IMG/VR virus record: IMGVR_UViG_3300049793_000366
Location: 124,001-188,000 of that record
Strand: one strand, 5' to 3'
Length of the DNA stretch: 64,000 nt
Shown: one piece after another, positions 47,147 to 57,424 of the stretch
Position numbering within the stretch: position 1 is the stretch's first letter
Layout of the letters: each line of letters begins with the position of its first letter
Program-made: the position numbers and the translations under genes
Notes under the pieces: generated by a model
The model's database searches: none
Told to the model about the DNA's origin: nothing
The model's input: the letters and a program-made list of their open reading frames with translations, nothing else

Positions 47147-48346
47147 ATGATAATTCAGTCACTTCTCGATTTAGACTATTACAAACTAACAATGGGTCAA
47201 TTAGCTTTCTTAAGCTTCCCTGATGTTGAAATTGAAGCCGCCTTTAAAAACAGAAAATCAAATATTCGATTAGCGGATATTATCCCGGTTGACCGATTGA
47301 TATCCGAACTCAATCATGTTAGAACTCTGGTTCTTAGTAAAGAACAGTTAAAGTTCGTTGAAAAACAGGGCATATTTAAGCCAGAATACCGAGAGTATCT
47401 ATATCAGATAAACCGTAGCAATCCTCTATCCGAAGTACGAGTAGAGGTTGTTGATGGTCAATTTGATGTGAGAACAAAGGGTAAATGGCCTAATGCCATT
47501 TTGTGGGAAACAATAGTATTAGCTGTTATTAACGAGCTATATTATGAGTATAAATACCCAAATCTCTCTTATGATGAGGGTCTTACTAGACTTGCGAATA
47601 AGATTAAAATTCTTAAAAAGCATCCACAAATTAAATTCTCTGACTTCGGTACTCGAAGAAGAGCATCAAGAACATGGCAAGCACTTGTTGTTAATAAATT
47701 AAGACAAGCATTACCTAATCAGTTTCTTGGAACATCGAATGTTCAGTTGGCTATGGATTATAACATAACTCCAATTGGAACATTCGCACATGAAATGCCA
47801 ATGGTTGCTTCTGGTGTTTGGTATGATACTGATGTTGAATTAAAAGCATCACATGGTAGAGTACTTGATATGTGGTATGAGTTATATGATGTTAAATTAT
47901 CAATTGCTCTTACTGATACATTTGGAACCAAATTCTTCTTTGAAGACTTCGTAGACCGCGCACCAGTTTGGAATGGTTTACGACACGATTCTGGTGATCC
48001 ATTTGAATTTGGTCATAAAGTATTAGCTTACTACGCATCACTGGGTATTGATTCTAAAACAAAAACTATTGTGTTTAGTGATGGTTTGGATTTAGATATC
48101 ATCATCCGACTCGAAGCAATATTTGGTAAATTAATTAAATGCGTTTTCGGTTGGGGTACGACTCTGACAAATGACATTGGGTATGAAACATTATCTATTG
48201 TTATGAAAGCCATCCGTGCTAATGGTAATGAATTGGTTAAGCTTTCTGATAACTTAAATAAAGCTACTGGTTCCGATGCTACTAAATCTCGATACATTAG
48301 TGTATTTGGGTATGACAATCAAAAGCGTGAAGAGTGTGTAGTCTAA
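47147..48346 (+). CDS. pncB: Nicotinate phosphoribosyltransferase
   Basis: DLDYYKLTM, DFGTRRR, GTSNV, PIGTFAHE (phospho-His), LTDTFG, LRHDSGDP, IVFSDGL, FGWGT, VKLSDN..KATG. Confidence 0.93.
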   Translation: MIIQSLLDLDYYKLTMGQLAFLSFPDVEIEAAFKNRKSNIRLADIIPVDRLISELNHVRTLVLSKEQLKFVEKQGIFKPEYREYLYQINRSNPLSEVRVEVVDGQFDVRTKGKWPNAILWETIVLAVINELYYEYKYPNLSYDEGLTRLANKIKILKKHPQIKFSDFGTRRRASRTWQALVVNKLRQALPNQFLGTSNVQLAMDYNITPIGTFAHEMPMVASGVWYDTDVELKASHGRVLDMWYELYDVKLSIALTDTFGTKFFFEDFVDRAPVWNGLRHDSGDPFEFGHKVLAYYASLGIDSKTKTIVFSDGLDLDIIIRLEAIFGKLIKCVFGWGTTLTNDIGYETLSIVMKAIRANGNELVKLSDNLNKATGSDATKSRYISVFGYDNQKREECVV

Positions 48347-48372
48347 TAAGTAAAACCTAAAAACAAAAACAC

Positions 48373-48672
48373 ATGGAATATAACGGTCAAACAAAAAAGG
48401 AATACGAGAAAAACTTCACACGTATTCGTGATATTATCACTAAGGCTGATGGTGATAAGGAAAAAGCTCTTCGACTTGCTAAAACACAAGCAGACAGAAT
48501 AGAAGATGAATATAAAGCAATCAATCGTTCAAATGCCGCAGTAAAGCTTGGACATGAGTGGTTAGCTGACCCTTTCTTCGAAAGAGCTTATGAGCTTGGT
48601 GCTGTGGGTAAAATGGAGTACCGCGAATACAAGCTTAAGAAATTATTTGAAATGCAAGAAGAAGGAGCCTAA
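48373..48672 (+). CDS. Hypothetical protein with C-terminal tag
   Basis: EYREYKLKKLF. Confidence 0.6.
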   Translation: MEYNGQTKKEYEKNFTRIRDIITKADGDKEKALRLAKTQADRIEDEYKAINRSNAAVKLGHEWLADPFFERAYELGAVGKMEYREYKLKKLFEMQEEGA

Positions 48673-48875
48673 TGAGACAGCAGATTCTTAAATACTTACC
48701 TATTAAAATTGCAATATTATTCTCTTTTATTACTGTGCCTCTTATCGCAGCAATATTCGTTAATAGTGTTGTAATTTCTTACTTAATTGGTGCTATTTTT
48801 TTCGGTTTGCTACTGTTAGTTTACTATATAGTGAAGGGAAGGAAATCTCACCCAGAATTAAAAAATAAAATTTGA
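48672..48875 (+). CDS. Small 2-TM membrane protein
   Basis: Two hydrophobic helices. Confidence 0.55.
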   Translation: MRQQILKYLPIKIAILFSFITVPLIAAIFVNSVVISYLIGAIFFGLLLLVYYIVKGRKSHPELKNKI

Positions 48876-48876
48876 A

Positions 48877-49134
48877 ATGAAAGAAGTAAGAATTCTATTA
48901 ACGGAAGAAACATTCACACTTTTGTGTAAGCAGGGCTATGTTGCATATAAGAATAATATGTTTAGCGTATCTCAGATAAACATCACAAAAGCCGACTTGG
49001 AGAAGTTGATAAGCGGTGATATCATCGATAAACCACAGGATGGTGTTGACTTTAAAATTGCGTTAATGGATATCGGTTATGATAGGATTTTACCAATAAT
49101 TAAACGTTCACCATTCTATGGTAATTCTATATAA
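48877..49134 (+). CDS. Hypothetical protein
   Basis: ORF in operon. Confidence 0.55.
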   Translation: MKEVRILLTEETFTLLCKQGYVAYKNNMFSVSQINITKADLEKLISGDIIDKPQDGVDFKIALMDIGYDRILPIIKRSPFYGNSI

Positions 49135-49399
49135 AAATTTAGTATTTTGTTCAAGTATATATGGTACTAAACTGACTGGTAGAAAGGATGTGAAATTTTT
49201 AGAAGTACATTATGGTAGCGATAAAGATTTTATTGAAAAGTATCAGAAAATTTACCCAAATCATCGAAAGGGAATATTCTTAGATGCTAGAAAACCTGTA
49301 CCGAGAGATTTCAGACTCGATGTTGAACATATGATTAAGTCAGACCCACTGTTAATTCAAACAATTCGTGATTTAAAGCTTGAAGAGTTATGTCAATAG
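49118..49399 (+). CDS. Hypothetical protein with C-terminal tag
   Basis: Ends TIRDLKLEELCQ. Confidence 0.55.
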   Translation: MVILYKNLVFCSSIYGTKLTGRKDVKFLEVHYGSDKDFIEKYQKIYPNHRKGIFLDARKPVPRDFRLDVEHMIKSDPLLIQTIRDLKLEELCQ

Positions 49400-49770
49400 A
49401 AGAGAAAATATTCATATATGGGTTTATGTTTATTATGCTTGGTGTTCTATACTTCATCGGATTTTTTATACGTGACTATAAACAAAAGTATCTACGTAAT
49501 AAAAGAATGCAGAGGTTGAATTGGAATAAGGTATTGAAAATATTCGCGTGTGTTACTGGATTTTGTTTACTTGGTTCTATCAACAATAAAATGTTTACTT
49601 GGTATGAAGCTCCGATAATGGGATTTACTATCACTGCTGTGATTTTGTTTGCTGGTATATTTAGACCAGAGAATGATACAAATGAGTATAAACAATTCGA
49701 TAATCCTGAGTTTAAGGTATATGAGAAAGCACATCAGAGAGATAGAAAAATTAAAGATATTTTAAAATGA
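49390..49770 (+). CDS. 3-TM membrane protein with C-terminal tag
   Basis: Ends HQRDRKIKDILK. Confidence 0.6.
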   Translation: MSIEEKIFIYGFMFIMLGVLYFIGFFIRDYKQKYLRNKRMQRLNWNKVLKIFACVTGFCLLGSINNKMFTWYEAPIMGFTITAVILFAGIFRPENDTNEYKQFDNPEFKVYEKAHQRDRKIKDILK

Positions 49771-50321
49771 AGGTAGGATTATTCTTTGGGTCATTTAACC
49801 CAATACACTTAGGTCACTTAGAGATTGCTGAGAAATCAGCTAAATATGTAGATGAAGTTTGGTTCATTGTTTCACCTCACAATCCATTTAAGGATCCGAG
49901 TATGTTGATAAACCAAACTTCTCGATTAGAAATGGTTAAGTTAGCCGTTGAGTCTACACCGCATTATAAAGTTAGTGATGTTGAATTTAATTTACCAACA
50001 CCTACGAGAACTCATGTTACTTTAGAAAAATTAATCGAAGAACACGAGCATGAATTTTTATTGATATTTGGTTCTGATTGTGTGAATACATTACACACAT
50101 GGGAAAGAGGTGATTGGATTTTAGAAACATTTCCTATCATCGCATTTAAGAGAGAATCTGAGGATGTAAATCCTGAAATTTATAAAAAGTTAATATCAGA
50201 AACTCATATATCATCTACGATAATACGAAATAATATTATAAATGGTTTGCCGGTTGATAGTCTTCTACCAACTTTAGTTGAGCAATACATATATAATAAT
50301 GGATTATGGTCACACAAGTAA
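49767..50321 (+). CDS. nadD: Nicotinate-nucleotide adenylyltransferase
   Basis: GLFFGSFNPIHLGH, VSPHNPFK, RLEMV, IFGSD, W, ISSTIIR. Confidence 0.92.
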   Translation: MKVGLFFGSFNPIHLGHLEIAEKSAKYVDEVWFIVSPHNPFKDPSMLINQTSRLEMVKLAVESTPHYKVSDVEFNLPTPTRTHVTLEKLIEEHEHEFLLIFGSDCVNTLHTWERGDWILETFPIIAFKRESEDVNPEIYKKLISETHISSTIIRNNIINGLPVDSLLPTLVEQYIYNNGLWSHK

Positions 50322-50575
50322 ATAAAGTACTACACTTTGATAATTCGAGAATAGAACTATCGCAAACTGGTCTTTGTTTTACTGCCTTTTTCTACACGAA
50401 TGATAGCGAGAAACCTTGTTTTCATTTTAAATTTTATTCGGATGGAAAGTCGATAATTGAGGATTTTAAGAAGGAAGCTCGTAACTATATGTCAACCAGT
50501 ATATTGACTGATTTTATCAACAAAAACCCTGATGTATTACGGACAATTAATTTTGATAATTTAATTGTTAATTGA
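50306..50575 (+). CDS. Hypothetical protein with C-terminal tag variant
   Basis: Ends VLRTINFDNLIVN. Confidence 0.5.
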   Translation: MVTQVNKVLHFDNSRIELSQTGLCFTAFFYTNDSEKPCFHFKFYSDGKSIIEDFKKEARNYMSTSILTDFINKNPDVLRTINFDNLIVN

Positions 50576-50629
50576 GAAAAAGTTTGTATATTTGTAATTG
50601 ATTAATGGACACTAAAAACCAAAACATAT

Positions 50630-51247
50630 ATGTTTAAATTAAAACCAAATACTCGTTCATTGTTCTGGAATGTTGACACTCAAGTTGACTTCATGAATTC
50701 AGAAGGTAAGTTATACGTTACTGACGCAGAACAAATCAAAGACACTTTAGCAAAAATAACCAAGTTCGCTAAAGACAACAATGTTCAGGTTGTTAATACT
50801 GCTGATTGGCATTATGCTGATTCTGCTGAGTTATCCGAAACACCTGATTTTATAAATACCTTCCCACCACACTGTATGGCTAATACGCCTGGTGCTGAGT
50901 TGATACCGGAAACAAAACCAGAAAAGTATGATTCTATCATTGATTGGAAAAATCCAAAATGTGATATTAAAACTGACTCTACAAACTTTTTAGTCTTGAA
51001 AGATAAGTTTGATGTCTTCACTGGAAATCAGTTCACTAAAAGATTAATTGATGCTTTAAACCCAGATGTTGTTTACGTCTATGGTGTAGCTACAAATGTC
51101 TGTGTTGACTGTGCTGTTAACGGTTTACTTGATAACGGTTATAAAGTGGTTGTGTTTGAAGATGCTATTAAAGAGCTTCCAAATATACCATCACCAATAC
51201 AAAATTGGATAGACAAAGGAGCAGAAATTATTAAATTCACAAACTAA
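50630..51247 (+). CDS. pncA: Nicotinamidase (isochorismatase family)
   Basis: VDTQVDF, TADWH, FPPHCM..TPGAEL, K, GVATNVCV; promoter TATATTTG 50587-50594. Confidence 0.88.
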   Translation: MFKLKPNTRSLFWNVDTQVDFMNSEGKLYVTDAEQIKDTLAKITKFAKDNNVQVVNTADWHYADSAELSETPDFINTFPPHCMANTPGAELIPETKPEKYDSIIDWKNPKCDIKTDSTNFLVLKDKFDVFTGNQFTKRLIDALNPDVVYVYGVATNVCVDCAVNGLLDNGYKVVVFEDAIKELPNIPSPIQNWIDKGAEIIKFTN

Positions 51248-51259
51248 AATATAAATACT

Positions 51260-52114
51260 ATGAATACGAAAAAAGTATCAAATCACATCACCAATTGGTT
51301 AAAAGATTTTGCATTAAATACTAAACAAAACGGTTACGTTATCGGAGTATCTGGTGGAATTGACTCCGCAGTTGTTTCGACACTATGCGCCCGTACTGGA
51401 TTACCACTTATTGTTGTGAGTATGCCTATTCATCAAGAAGCTAATCAAGTTTCTCGCGCACAAGAGCATATGGATTGGTTGAAAAAAAATTATCCAAATG
51501 TAACACAGTTTGAATTTGACTTAACATCAGTTTATGATTCATTCGTAACTAAGTTAGATGGTAAAACACATTTTATTTCAAAGCCTGAGCATGATACACA
51601 GGTTGCTGATAAAATGTTCTTAACACTTGCGAATACTCGCTCTCGTTTGAGAATGACAACACTTTATTCACTTGCCGGATTAAACAATATGCTTGTTGCT
51701 GGTACTGGTAATAAAGTAGAAGACTTTGGTGTAGGATTCTTCACTAAGTATGGTGATGGTGGAATTGATGTATCACCAATCGGTGAGTTGATGAAATCTG
51801 AGGTATACATATTGGGTGCTGAATTAGGTATAAACCAAGCAATACTTTCAGCAAGACCTACTGATGGTCTTTGGGATGATGGTAGAACAGATGAAGACCA
51901 AATTGGTGCTACTTATGATGAACTTGAGTGGGCTATGGGTGTTCAAGAAGAATTGGGAAATAATCCTGAGACTTTATACGAAATGAACGAAAGACAAACG
52001 ATAGTGTGGAATATTTATTTGTCTCGACACACCGCTAACTCACATAAAATGCAAATGCCACCAGTTTGCTCATTAAAAGGAATTAAATATGATGAAGAAG
52101 TTGTTGCACAGTAA
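51260..52114 (+). CDS. nadE: NH3-dependent NAD+ synthetase
   Basis: IGVSGGIDSA, NTRSRLRM, GTGNKVE, GFFTKYGDGG, PTDGLW, DEDQIGATYDELE, NSHK; no glutaminase domain. Confidence 0.93.
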   Translation: MNTKKVSNHITNWLKDFALNTKQNGYVIGVSGGIDSAVVSTLCARTGLPLIVVSMPIHQEANQVSRAQEHMDWLKKNYPNVTQFEFDLTSVYDSFVTKLDGKTHFISKPEHDTQVADKMFLTLANTRSRLRMTTLYSLAGLNNMLVAGTGNKVEDFGVGFFTKYGDGGIDVSPIGELMKSEVYILGAELGINQAILSARPTDGLWDDGRTDEDQIGATYDELEWAMGVQEELGNNPETLYEMNERQTIVWNIYLSRHTANSHKMQMPPVCSLKGIKYDEEVVAQ

Positions 52115-52460
52115 TCTATCTGGTGTTGAGAACACCAGTGATTTAAATTATGTTTTTTCTTTAATTAGAAAGGCATCAAATTCAATCGAAAGAACTGCTT
52201 TAATAAAAAAAGCATTGAAACTTAATGAAGAGGTTGGTGAATTATCAGCAGAAGTTTTAAGAGAAGATGGTTATAAAGACAGCACTTATACGAAAGAAGA
52301 AATTCGTAGAAGAATAATCGAAGAGGCAGTTGATTCATTAGTTATGATTGGTGATATTCTAAACGATGTTAAAGCAACCGATTCTGAAATAATTGACTGC
52401 ACCGAAGATGCTGTTACGAAATGGTTGACTAAACTCGATGAGAAGAAGAATAAAGTCTGA
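52089..52460 (+). CDS. MazG-like NTP pyrophosphohydrolase
   Basis: KLNEEVGELSAE...IIEEAVD. Confidence 0.75.
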   Translation: MMKKLLHSNLSGVENTSDLNYVFSLIRKASNSIERTALIKKALKLNEEVGELSAEVLREDGYKDSTYTKEEIRRRIIEEAVDSLVMIGDILNDVKATDSEIIDCTEDAVTKWLTKLDEKKNKV

Positions 52461-52686
52461 GTGGCGTAGTGAGACTAAAAATCTCACAGAGATTGGATAT
52501 CTTCAACACACCATCAATACGGTGAATGATATGATAGCAGAGACAGAGGTGTTGGTTGATAGATTGCTCGATAAGGGTGAATTAACTGACGTTGACCGTC
52601 TTATGCTTAGAGAATTGGAAGAATATAAAGTAGGATTAAGAGAGTTAAAAGCTCAAGGAATAAAAAATTTAAAAGAAGCACTATGA
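52438..52686 (+). CDS. Hypothetical protein
   Basis: ORF in operon. Confidence 0.5.
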   Translation: MRRRIKSEWRSETKNLTEIGYLQHTINTVNDMIAETEVLVDRLLDKGELTDVDRLMLRELEEYKVGLRELKAQGIKNLKEAL

Positions 52687-53090
52687 AAAAATTAACAGCT
52701 TATGTTGTATTCGAAAAGGGGTACGAGTACAATGACGAAATTTATCACTTACCTGATGTAAGCGGTGGTGATCCAAAGAGAGTAACATTCTCAAAAGAAG
52801 ATGCTAAGAATCTTATTACTGTGTTGAGCAGAGATTCATTCAGAGGATTGGATATTGGTAATTATACATATGACCTAAAAGATGTAGTTGATGAAATATC
52901 TCTAAAAGAGATATTCAAAATCAATAAGTGGAAATGGGATGAAGATAATTTAACTGTTCCTGAGAAAGCAACCGATGAACAAATCGATGAGGTTATGAAA
53001 TTTATTGATTTACAGTTTTATGACTTTCAGGAAGTTGAAATGGATATTGCATCAATGCGTAATGCAAAAATAGAAATAGTAGAAAGCTAA
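52683..53090 (+). CDS. Hypothetical protein with C-terminal tag variant
   Basis: Ends SMRNAKIEIVES. Confidence 0.55.
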   Translation: MKKLTAYVVFEKGYEYNDEIYHLPDVSGGDPKRVTFSKEDAKNLITVLSRDSFRGLDIGNYTYDLKDVVDEISLKEIFKINKWKWDEDNLTVPEKATDEQIDEVMKFIDLQFYDFQEVEMDIASMRNAKIEIVES

Positions 53091-53626
53091 TGAATTTTAA
53101 AAATAAACCGAACCATTGTATTAGTACTGAGAATGGTCAAGTGTGGGTGTCTCGTTCGGTAGCAGTAGTGGTTACTACCTTACTACGATGTAATGATGAA
53201 TTATATGCGCTTATGATTAAGCGTGGTGAGAGCGTTCATGCTTCGGGTAAATGGTGTATGCCTTGTGGTTACTTAGATTGGGATGAAACCGCGTCTGAGT
53301 GTGCTGTTAGAGAGATTTGGGAAGAATCTGGATTAGATGTTCTGGGTCTATCTAAATCTGAAATTGAACATAATGGTTTACATAATGTGTGGGATTTAAA
53401 TACTAATCCTGACTTAAATGATAGTCAAGATGTAGCTCTTCATTATTCAATAATAATATCTTCTGATAACTTTCCTAAGCTTAGTGATGAAAATGCCGAA
53501 GAGAATGAGGTAGTTGGCCTTGCGTGGGTTAAACTTTCTGAACTTGGTGAATATAACTTAGCATTCCGTCACGACGAAAGAATAAAAAAGTTTTTGGATT
53601 ACTATGAGAAGATTAAAGTTAAATAA
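53090..53626 (+). CDS. Nudix hydrolase (candidate ADP-ribose pyrophosphatase)
   Basis: GKWCMPCGYLDWDETASECAVREIWEESGL Nudix box; LAFRH C-terminal motif. Confidence 0.85.
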   Translation: MNFKNKPNHCISTENGQVWVSRSVAVVVTTLLRCNDELYALMIKRGESVHASGKWCMPCGYLDWDETASECAVREIWEESGLDVLGLSKSEIEHNGLHNVWDLNTNPDLNDSQDVALHYSIIISSDNFPKLSDENAEENEVVGLAWVKLSELGEYNLAFRHDERIKKFLDYYEKIKVK

Positions 53627-53780
53627 TGAGAATGCAAGAGTAGGCGGTGTATGCGCTGGTCTTGGTGAATACTTCAATATTGATCCTGTTTGGTTTAGAT
53701 TGCTTTTTGTAATTGGTTTTTTTACACCAATGATTCCTGCCGTGTTGACTTATATAATAATATTGATAGTTTTAGATTAA
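53604..53780 (+). CDS. pspC: PspC-domain membrane protein, 58 aa (not in ORF track)
   Basis: MRRLKLNNENARVGGVCAGLGEYFNIDPVWFRLLFV...LTYIIILIVLD*. Confidence 0.85.
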   Translation: MRRLKLNNENARVGGVCAGLGEYFNIDPVWFRLLFVIGFFTPMIPAVLTYIIILIVLD

Positions 53781-53781
53781 C

Positions 53782-54219
53782 ATGGAAATTTTAAATAGAA
53801 GAGCATATTACGATTATAGCATCATAGAACATTATGAAGCGGGTATTATGTTGACTGGTTCGGAGATAAAGTCAATACGAGGTGGTGAAGCAAACTTAAA
53901 TGAAGCATATGTATTCATCAATAACGGCGAGGTATTCGTTAAGAATATGTACATTTCTAAATTTGAACAATCTTCATATTTGAACCATGAAGAAAAGCGT
54001 GATAGAAAATTATTACTTTCTAAAACTCAAATTTTAAAAATTGAAAAATATCTACAAACAAAAGGTACTGTGATTATACCGATAAAAGTATTTTTCAGCA
54101 AACGCTGGGCAAAACTAAAAATCGGAGTTGGTCGTGGTAAGAAAACCTACGATAAGAGAGAATCGATAAAAGAAAGAGAATCAAAAAGAGAATTGTCTCG
54201 ACTGAACTCGAAAGTATAG
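53782..54219 (+). CDS. smpB: SsrA-binding protein SmpB
   Basis: NRRAYYDY, EAGIMLTGSEIKSIR, RDRKLLL, GRGKKTYDKRESIK. Confidence 0.93.
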   Translation: MEILNRRAYYDYSIIEHYEAGIMLTGSEIKSIRGGEANLNEAYVFINNGEVFVKNMYISKFEQSSYLNHEEKRDRKLLLSKTQILKIEKYLQTKGTVIIPIKVFFSKRWAKLKIGVGRGKKTYDKRESIKERESKRELSRLNSKV

Positions 54220-54330
54220 TAAATATTTAGTTTTTTATATGTGAAACCGATGTCTAAAGCATCGGTTTTTTCTTTATTGGATAAAATAAATAATATATAC
54301 TCCATATATAAAAACAAGACCCATAGCACT

Positions 54331-55056
54331 ATGCCGAATTTAGAAGAGATACTTAATATGATCCAAAATCATGGAATTTTTACCACAATTTTATTTTTAG
54401 TTGGTATTGGATTTTGGGGTTTAATGAAAACAGCTTGGTTTAGTGATTTGGTTTCTAAATTTGGAGATGCACTTATTGGAAAACTTTTTAAGAAAAAAAA
54501 GCACAATGATTTAGTTGCGATTACTGAAGTGGAAATAATTAACCACGATATATTTAACTATATTGACTTGTGGCAATTCTCTATAATTCCAACTCTTAAC
54601 TTTTCAACTGACTACAGAACCGTAGTATTTAGAAAGTATCTTAAAATATACTTACAGAAGCATAAAGAAAACTTAAGCAAGTTCATTACTGATGCTAAGT
54701 ATAAAGATATGCCCGAATCTGAGCTTTGGAAGAGCTTTCTTCAATTGATTAATGATATTATTCATGATTATGAGAAAGAGATGTCACACCAAGGAATTCC
54801 AGATGTAATCATCGAGAAGATGAAAGTTAAGAATAATGATACATTATCTCTTACTATTGATTTGATTGAGGGTATTTGTAACTCACAATTCTATGGTTCT
54901 GAGAATAACTTACTAAAAGTCTATTCTATATTGAATATTATGTTATCTATACTTGAGAATACTGTCTCTGGTTCAGCCAATGTTTGTAACTCTATTAATG
55001 GTCAATTAGCAGGGTTGGAGATGGATGGACGAAAAGAACCGGATTCAAATCACTAA
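54331..55056 (+). CDS. Membrane-anchored hypothetical protein
   Basis: ATG 54331 (MPNLEE) after AATATATA motif; N-terminal TM. Confidence 0.55.
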   Translation: MPNLEEILNMIQNHGIFTTILFLVGIGFWGLMKTAWFSDLVSKFGDALIGKLFKKKKHNDLVAITEVEIINHDIFNYIDLWQFSIIPTLNFSTDYRTVVFRKYLKIYLQKHKENLSKFITDAKYKDMPESELWKSFLQLINDIIHDYEKEMSHQGIPDVIIEKMKVKNNDTLSLTIDLIEGICNSQFYGSENNLLKVYSILNIMLSILENTVSGSANVCNSINGQLAGLEMDGRKEPDSNH

Positions 55057-55100
55057 GACAGGGTGCTATTTAATATATAAAAAATAAACAACAAACAGCT

Positions 55101-55439
55101 ATGATTAAAGAAAACATTAATAAAATCGACCACGAACTAAAAGGTTTATTCGAAAACGTTACGATTGAAGAAAAATCTGATAGAAATAGATTCTATTTTG
55201 AAATTAAGGTTTCTGGTTGTAAGCTGGATGAATCCCTGAGTGCTTGTGAAGTATCATTTCAAATCGATAAAGGTGATTTGACTGGTAAAGAAATTAAGTG
55301 GAATTATTGGGCTAACCCTAAAACACAAGAATATCAAGTACCTCGCTTATCTCACGTTGACTATATCACAAAGGATATATCAGATGTTGTAATGAAGGGT
55401 AGATTAGATGCTGACTATTTGAGCGGCTTAAAAAAATAA
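55101..55439 (+). CDS. Hypothetical protein, late-motif gene
   Basis: AATATATA 55072-55079. Confidence 0.6.
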   Translation: MIKENINKIDHELKGLFENVTIEEKSDRNRFYFEIKVSGCKLDESLSACEVSFQIDKGDLTGKEIKWNYWANPKTQEYQVPRLSHVDYITKDISDVVMKGRLDADYLSGLKK

Positions 55440-55448
55440 CTATAAATA

Positions 55449-57167
55449 GTGAATCTTAGTGAAATTACATATAGTAAAGTTAGAGCGGAAATAGAAACGT
55501 ACTTAAAAGACACCTATAATAAGGCTGGTGTTTTATTTTCACCTGCTTCGCCGTATGGTCAAATATTGAATGTGATGGAGAGTTTATATCAATATTCATT
55601 CCTTTACTTAAAGAACTCTATTAATCAATTCGACCTTAGCTTACCAAACTCTAATAATAAAAAGATTATTAGAAATGCTGCTATTTTCGCAGGACACATA
55701 CCTGGTCGCTCTATATCTGCTACTGGAACACTTAGATTTCACTTAAAGTCTGATATTGATATTGAAAAAGAAATACCTGGAAATAGAATAACATTATTTG
55801 ATAAGACAGCTATTAAGAATAAACAAAATGGTTTAGAATATATCATTAATCTTGGTGCTGAGAAAATATCATATAAAGTATCACCGGGATTTCAATTCTT
55901 CGCGAGTCTTACACAAGGTAAGTGGGACACCCAGATTTTAACTGGTAGTGGTCAACAAAATCAAACATTCCAGATTAATAATCCTGGTGGTCAAAAGGAG
56001 ATTGAGAATTTCAATATCACTGTGACTGTAAATGGTGACTTATGGGTGGTTAAAAAGCATCTATATGATATGTTACCAGATGAGAACGCTTGTGTTGTTA
56101 GAACAGGGTTTAATGGTGGTATAGACGTTATATTTGGTAATGGTGGCTTCGGTGCTATTCCAACTTTAGGAGCTGAAATAAAAGTGTCGTATATTATAAC
56201 TGATGGTTCGAGAGGATCTATTTTCAGAAGAACATTAAATGATTGGAAGATATTGGATAATGTTATGGATGGATTTGGAAACACTATCGACTTAGCTAAG
56301 ATATTTGACATCTATATACACACTGACATTAACTTTGGTGCTGATTCAGAGTCAATTCAATTTACAAAAAATGTATTACCAATCGTAAGTAATAACTTCG
56401 TACTTGGTTTACCTCAGCAATATGCTTATGAAATTAAGAAGCTGGGAGTATTCTCACATATAAATGCATATGAAAAAGATGGTGTAATACACGTTGTTGC
56501 TACACCGAATATTAAAGTATTTAAAAATCAGAATGCTAATTACTTTACAGTTGATAAGAGAGCATTTGAATTAGATACTTATGAGAAGATTAAGATTGAT
56601 AAGTATCTTAGAACTGCTGGTAATATACAATTAACAAGAAAGTATAAGATAGTAGCACCAGTTTTATCATATTATATTATGAACGTATTTGTTATAACAT
56701 ATTCTGATTCAATTGATGATAATGTTAATAATCAAATCTATGATAAGGTATCTGAATACTTCTTAAATTTAAGTCGTTTGAATAGAATACCAAAACTTGA
56801 TTTAATAAAAGAGTTATCATCGATTGATGATATACACTCTGTTGATATTCAATTTGTATCGAAGAAGAATGAAGATTATCACAAGTCTAATAAGATAAAT
56901 GATGCCAATAGACGTAATCAATTCGCTGCTAAAGGCGCATTGCGTTTAAGCAGACCTTTCATTGGATATGATAAGAGTAAAGTTCTTGGTATAGATCCAG
57001 TCATGGGTGATATTATGTATGATAGTGAAGAGCTACCAATTATCAGAGGTGGTTGGTATGATAGAAACAATATTTATTACTCAGATAACGTAACATCAAG
57101 TGGATTCAGCTCAGTTAATATTATTAAAAAGGGAGTGGTTGATGCTAAACAAAGACCTAAATTCTAA
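55449..57167 (+). CDS. Baseplate wedge subunit (T4 gp6/baseplate J-like)
   Basis: ITYSKVRAEIETYLK, NAAIFAGHIPGRSISATG, VIFGNGGFGAIP..GAEIKVSY..TDG..G, GADSES. Confidence 0.72.
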   Translation: MNLSEITYSKVRAEIETYLKDTYNKAGVLFSPASPYGQILNVMESLYQYSFLYLKNSINQFDLSLPNSNNKKIIRNAAIFAGHIPGRSISATGTLRFHLKSDIDIEKEIPGNRITLFDKTAIKNKQNGLEYIINLGAEKISYKVSPGFQFFASLTQGKWDTQILTGSGQQNQTFQINNPGGQKEIENFNITVTVNGDLWVVKKHLYDMLPDENACVVRTGFNGGIDVIFGNGGFGAIPTLGAEIKVSYIITDGSRGSIFRRTLNDWKILDNVMDGFGNTIDLAKIFDIYIHTDINFGADSESIQFTKNVLPIVSNNFVLGLPQQYAYEIKKLGVFSHINAYEKDGVIHVVATPNIKVFKNQNANYFTVDKRAFELDTYEKIKIDKYLRTAGNIQLTRKYKIVAPVLSYYIMNVFVITYSDSIDDNVNNQIYDKVSEYFLNLSRLNRIPKLDLIKELSSIDDIHSVDIQFVSKKNEDYHKSNKINDANRRNQFAAKGALRLSRPFIGYDKSKVLGIDPVMGDIMYDSEELPIIRGGWYDRNNIYYSDNVTSSGFSSVNIIKKGVVDAKQRPKF

Positions 57168-57169
57168 AT

Positions 57170-57424
57170 ATGCTATACGAAGATAAAGACATACCAGAGC
57201 TTCATTATATGAAGCACAGACATGATAACGTTAAGGGTACGCATAATTGGTGGGACACTATTTTAAGAAAGAACATCTCATCTTATATGTATAACAATAG
57301 TTTGATGGAGAAATATTTGGATAAATTGCAAAAACCTTTGACATTATTCTTCGACCAACACAATATTATAAAGAATTTTAAGAATTATATAGTAGATAAG
57401 TATCATTATAAGCATCCCGACTAA
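57170..57424 (+). CDS. Hypothetical protein, baseplate-associated candidate
   Basis: Directly follows the wedge gene. Confidence 0.5.
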   Translation: MLYEDKDIPELHYMKHRHDNVKGTHNWWDTILRKNISSYMYNNSLMEKYLDKLQKPLTLFFDQHNIIKNFKNYIVDKYHYKHPD

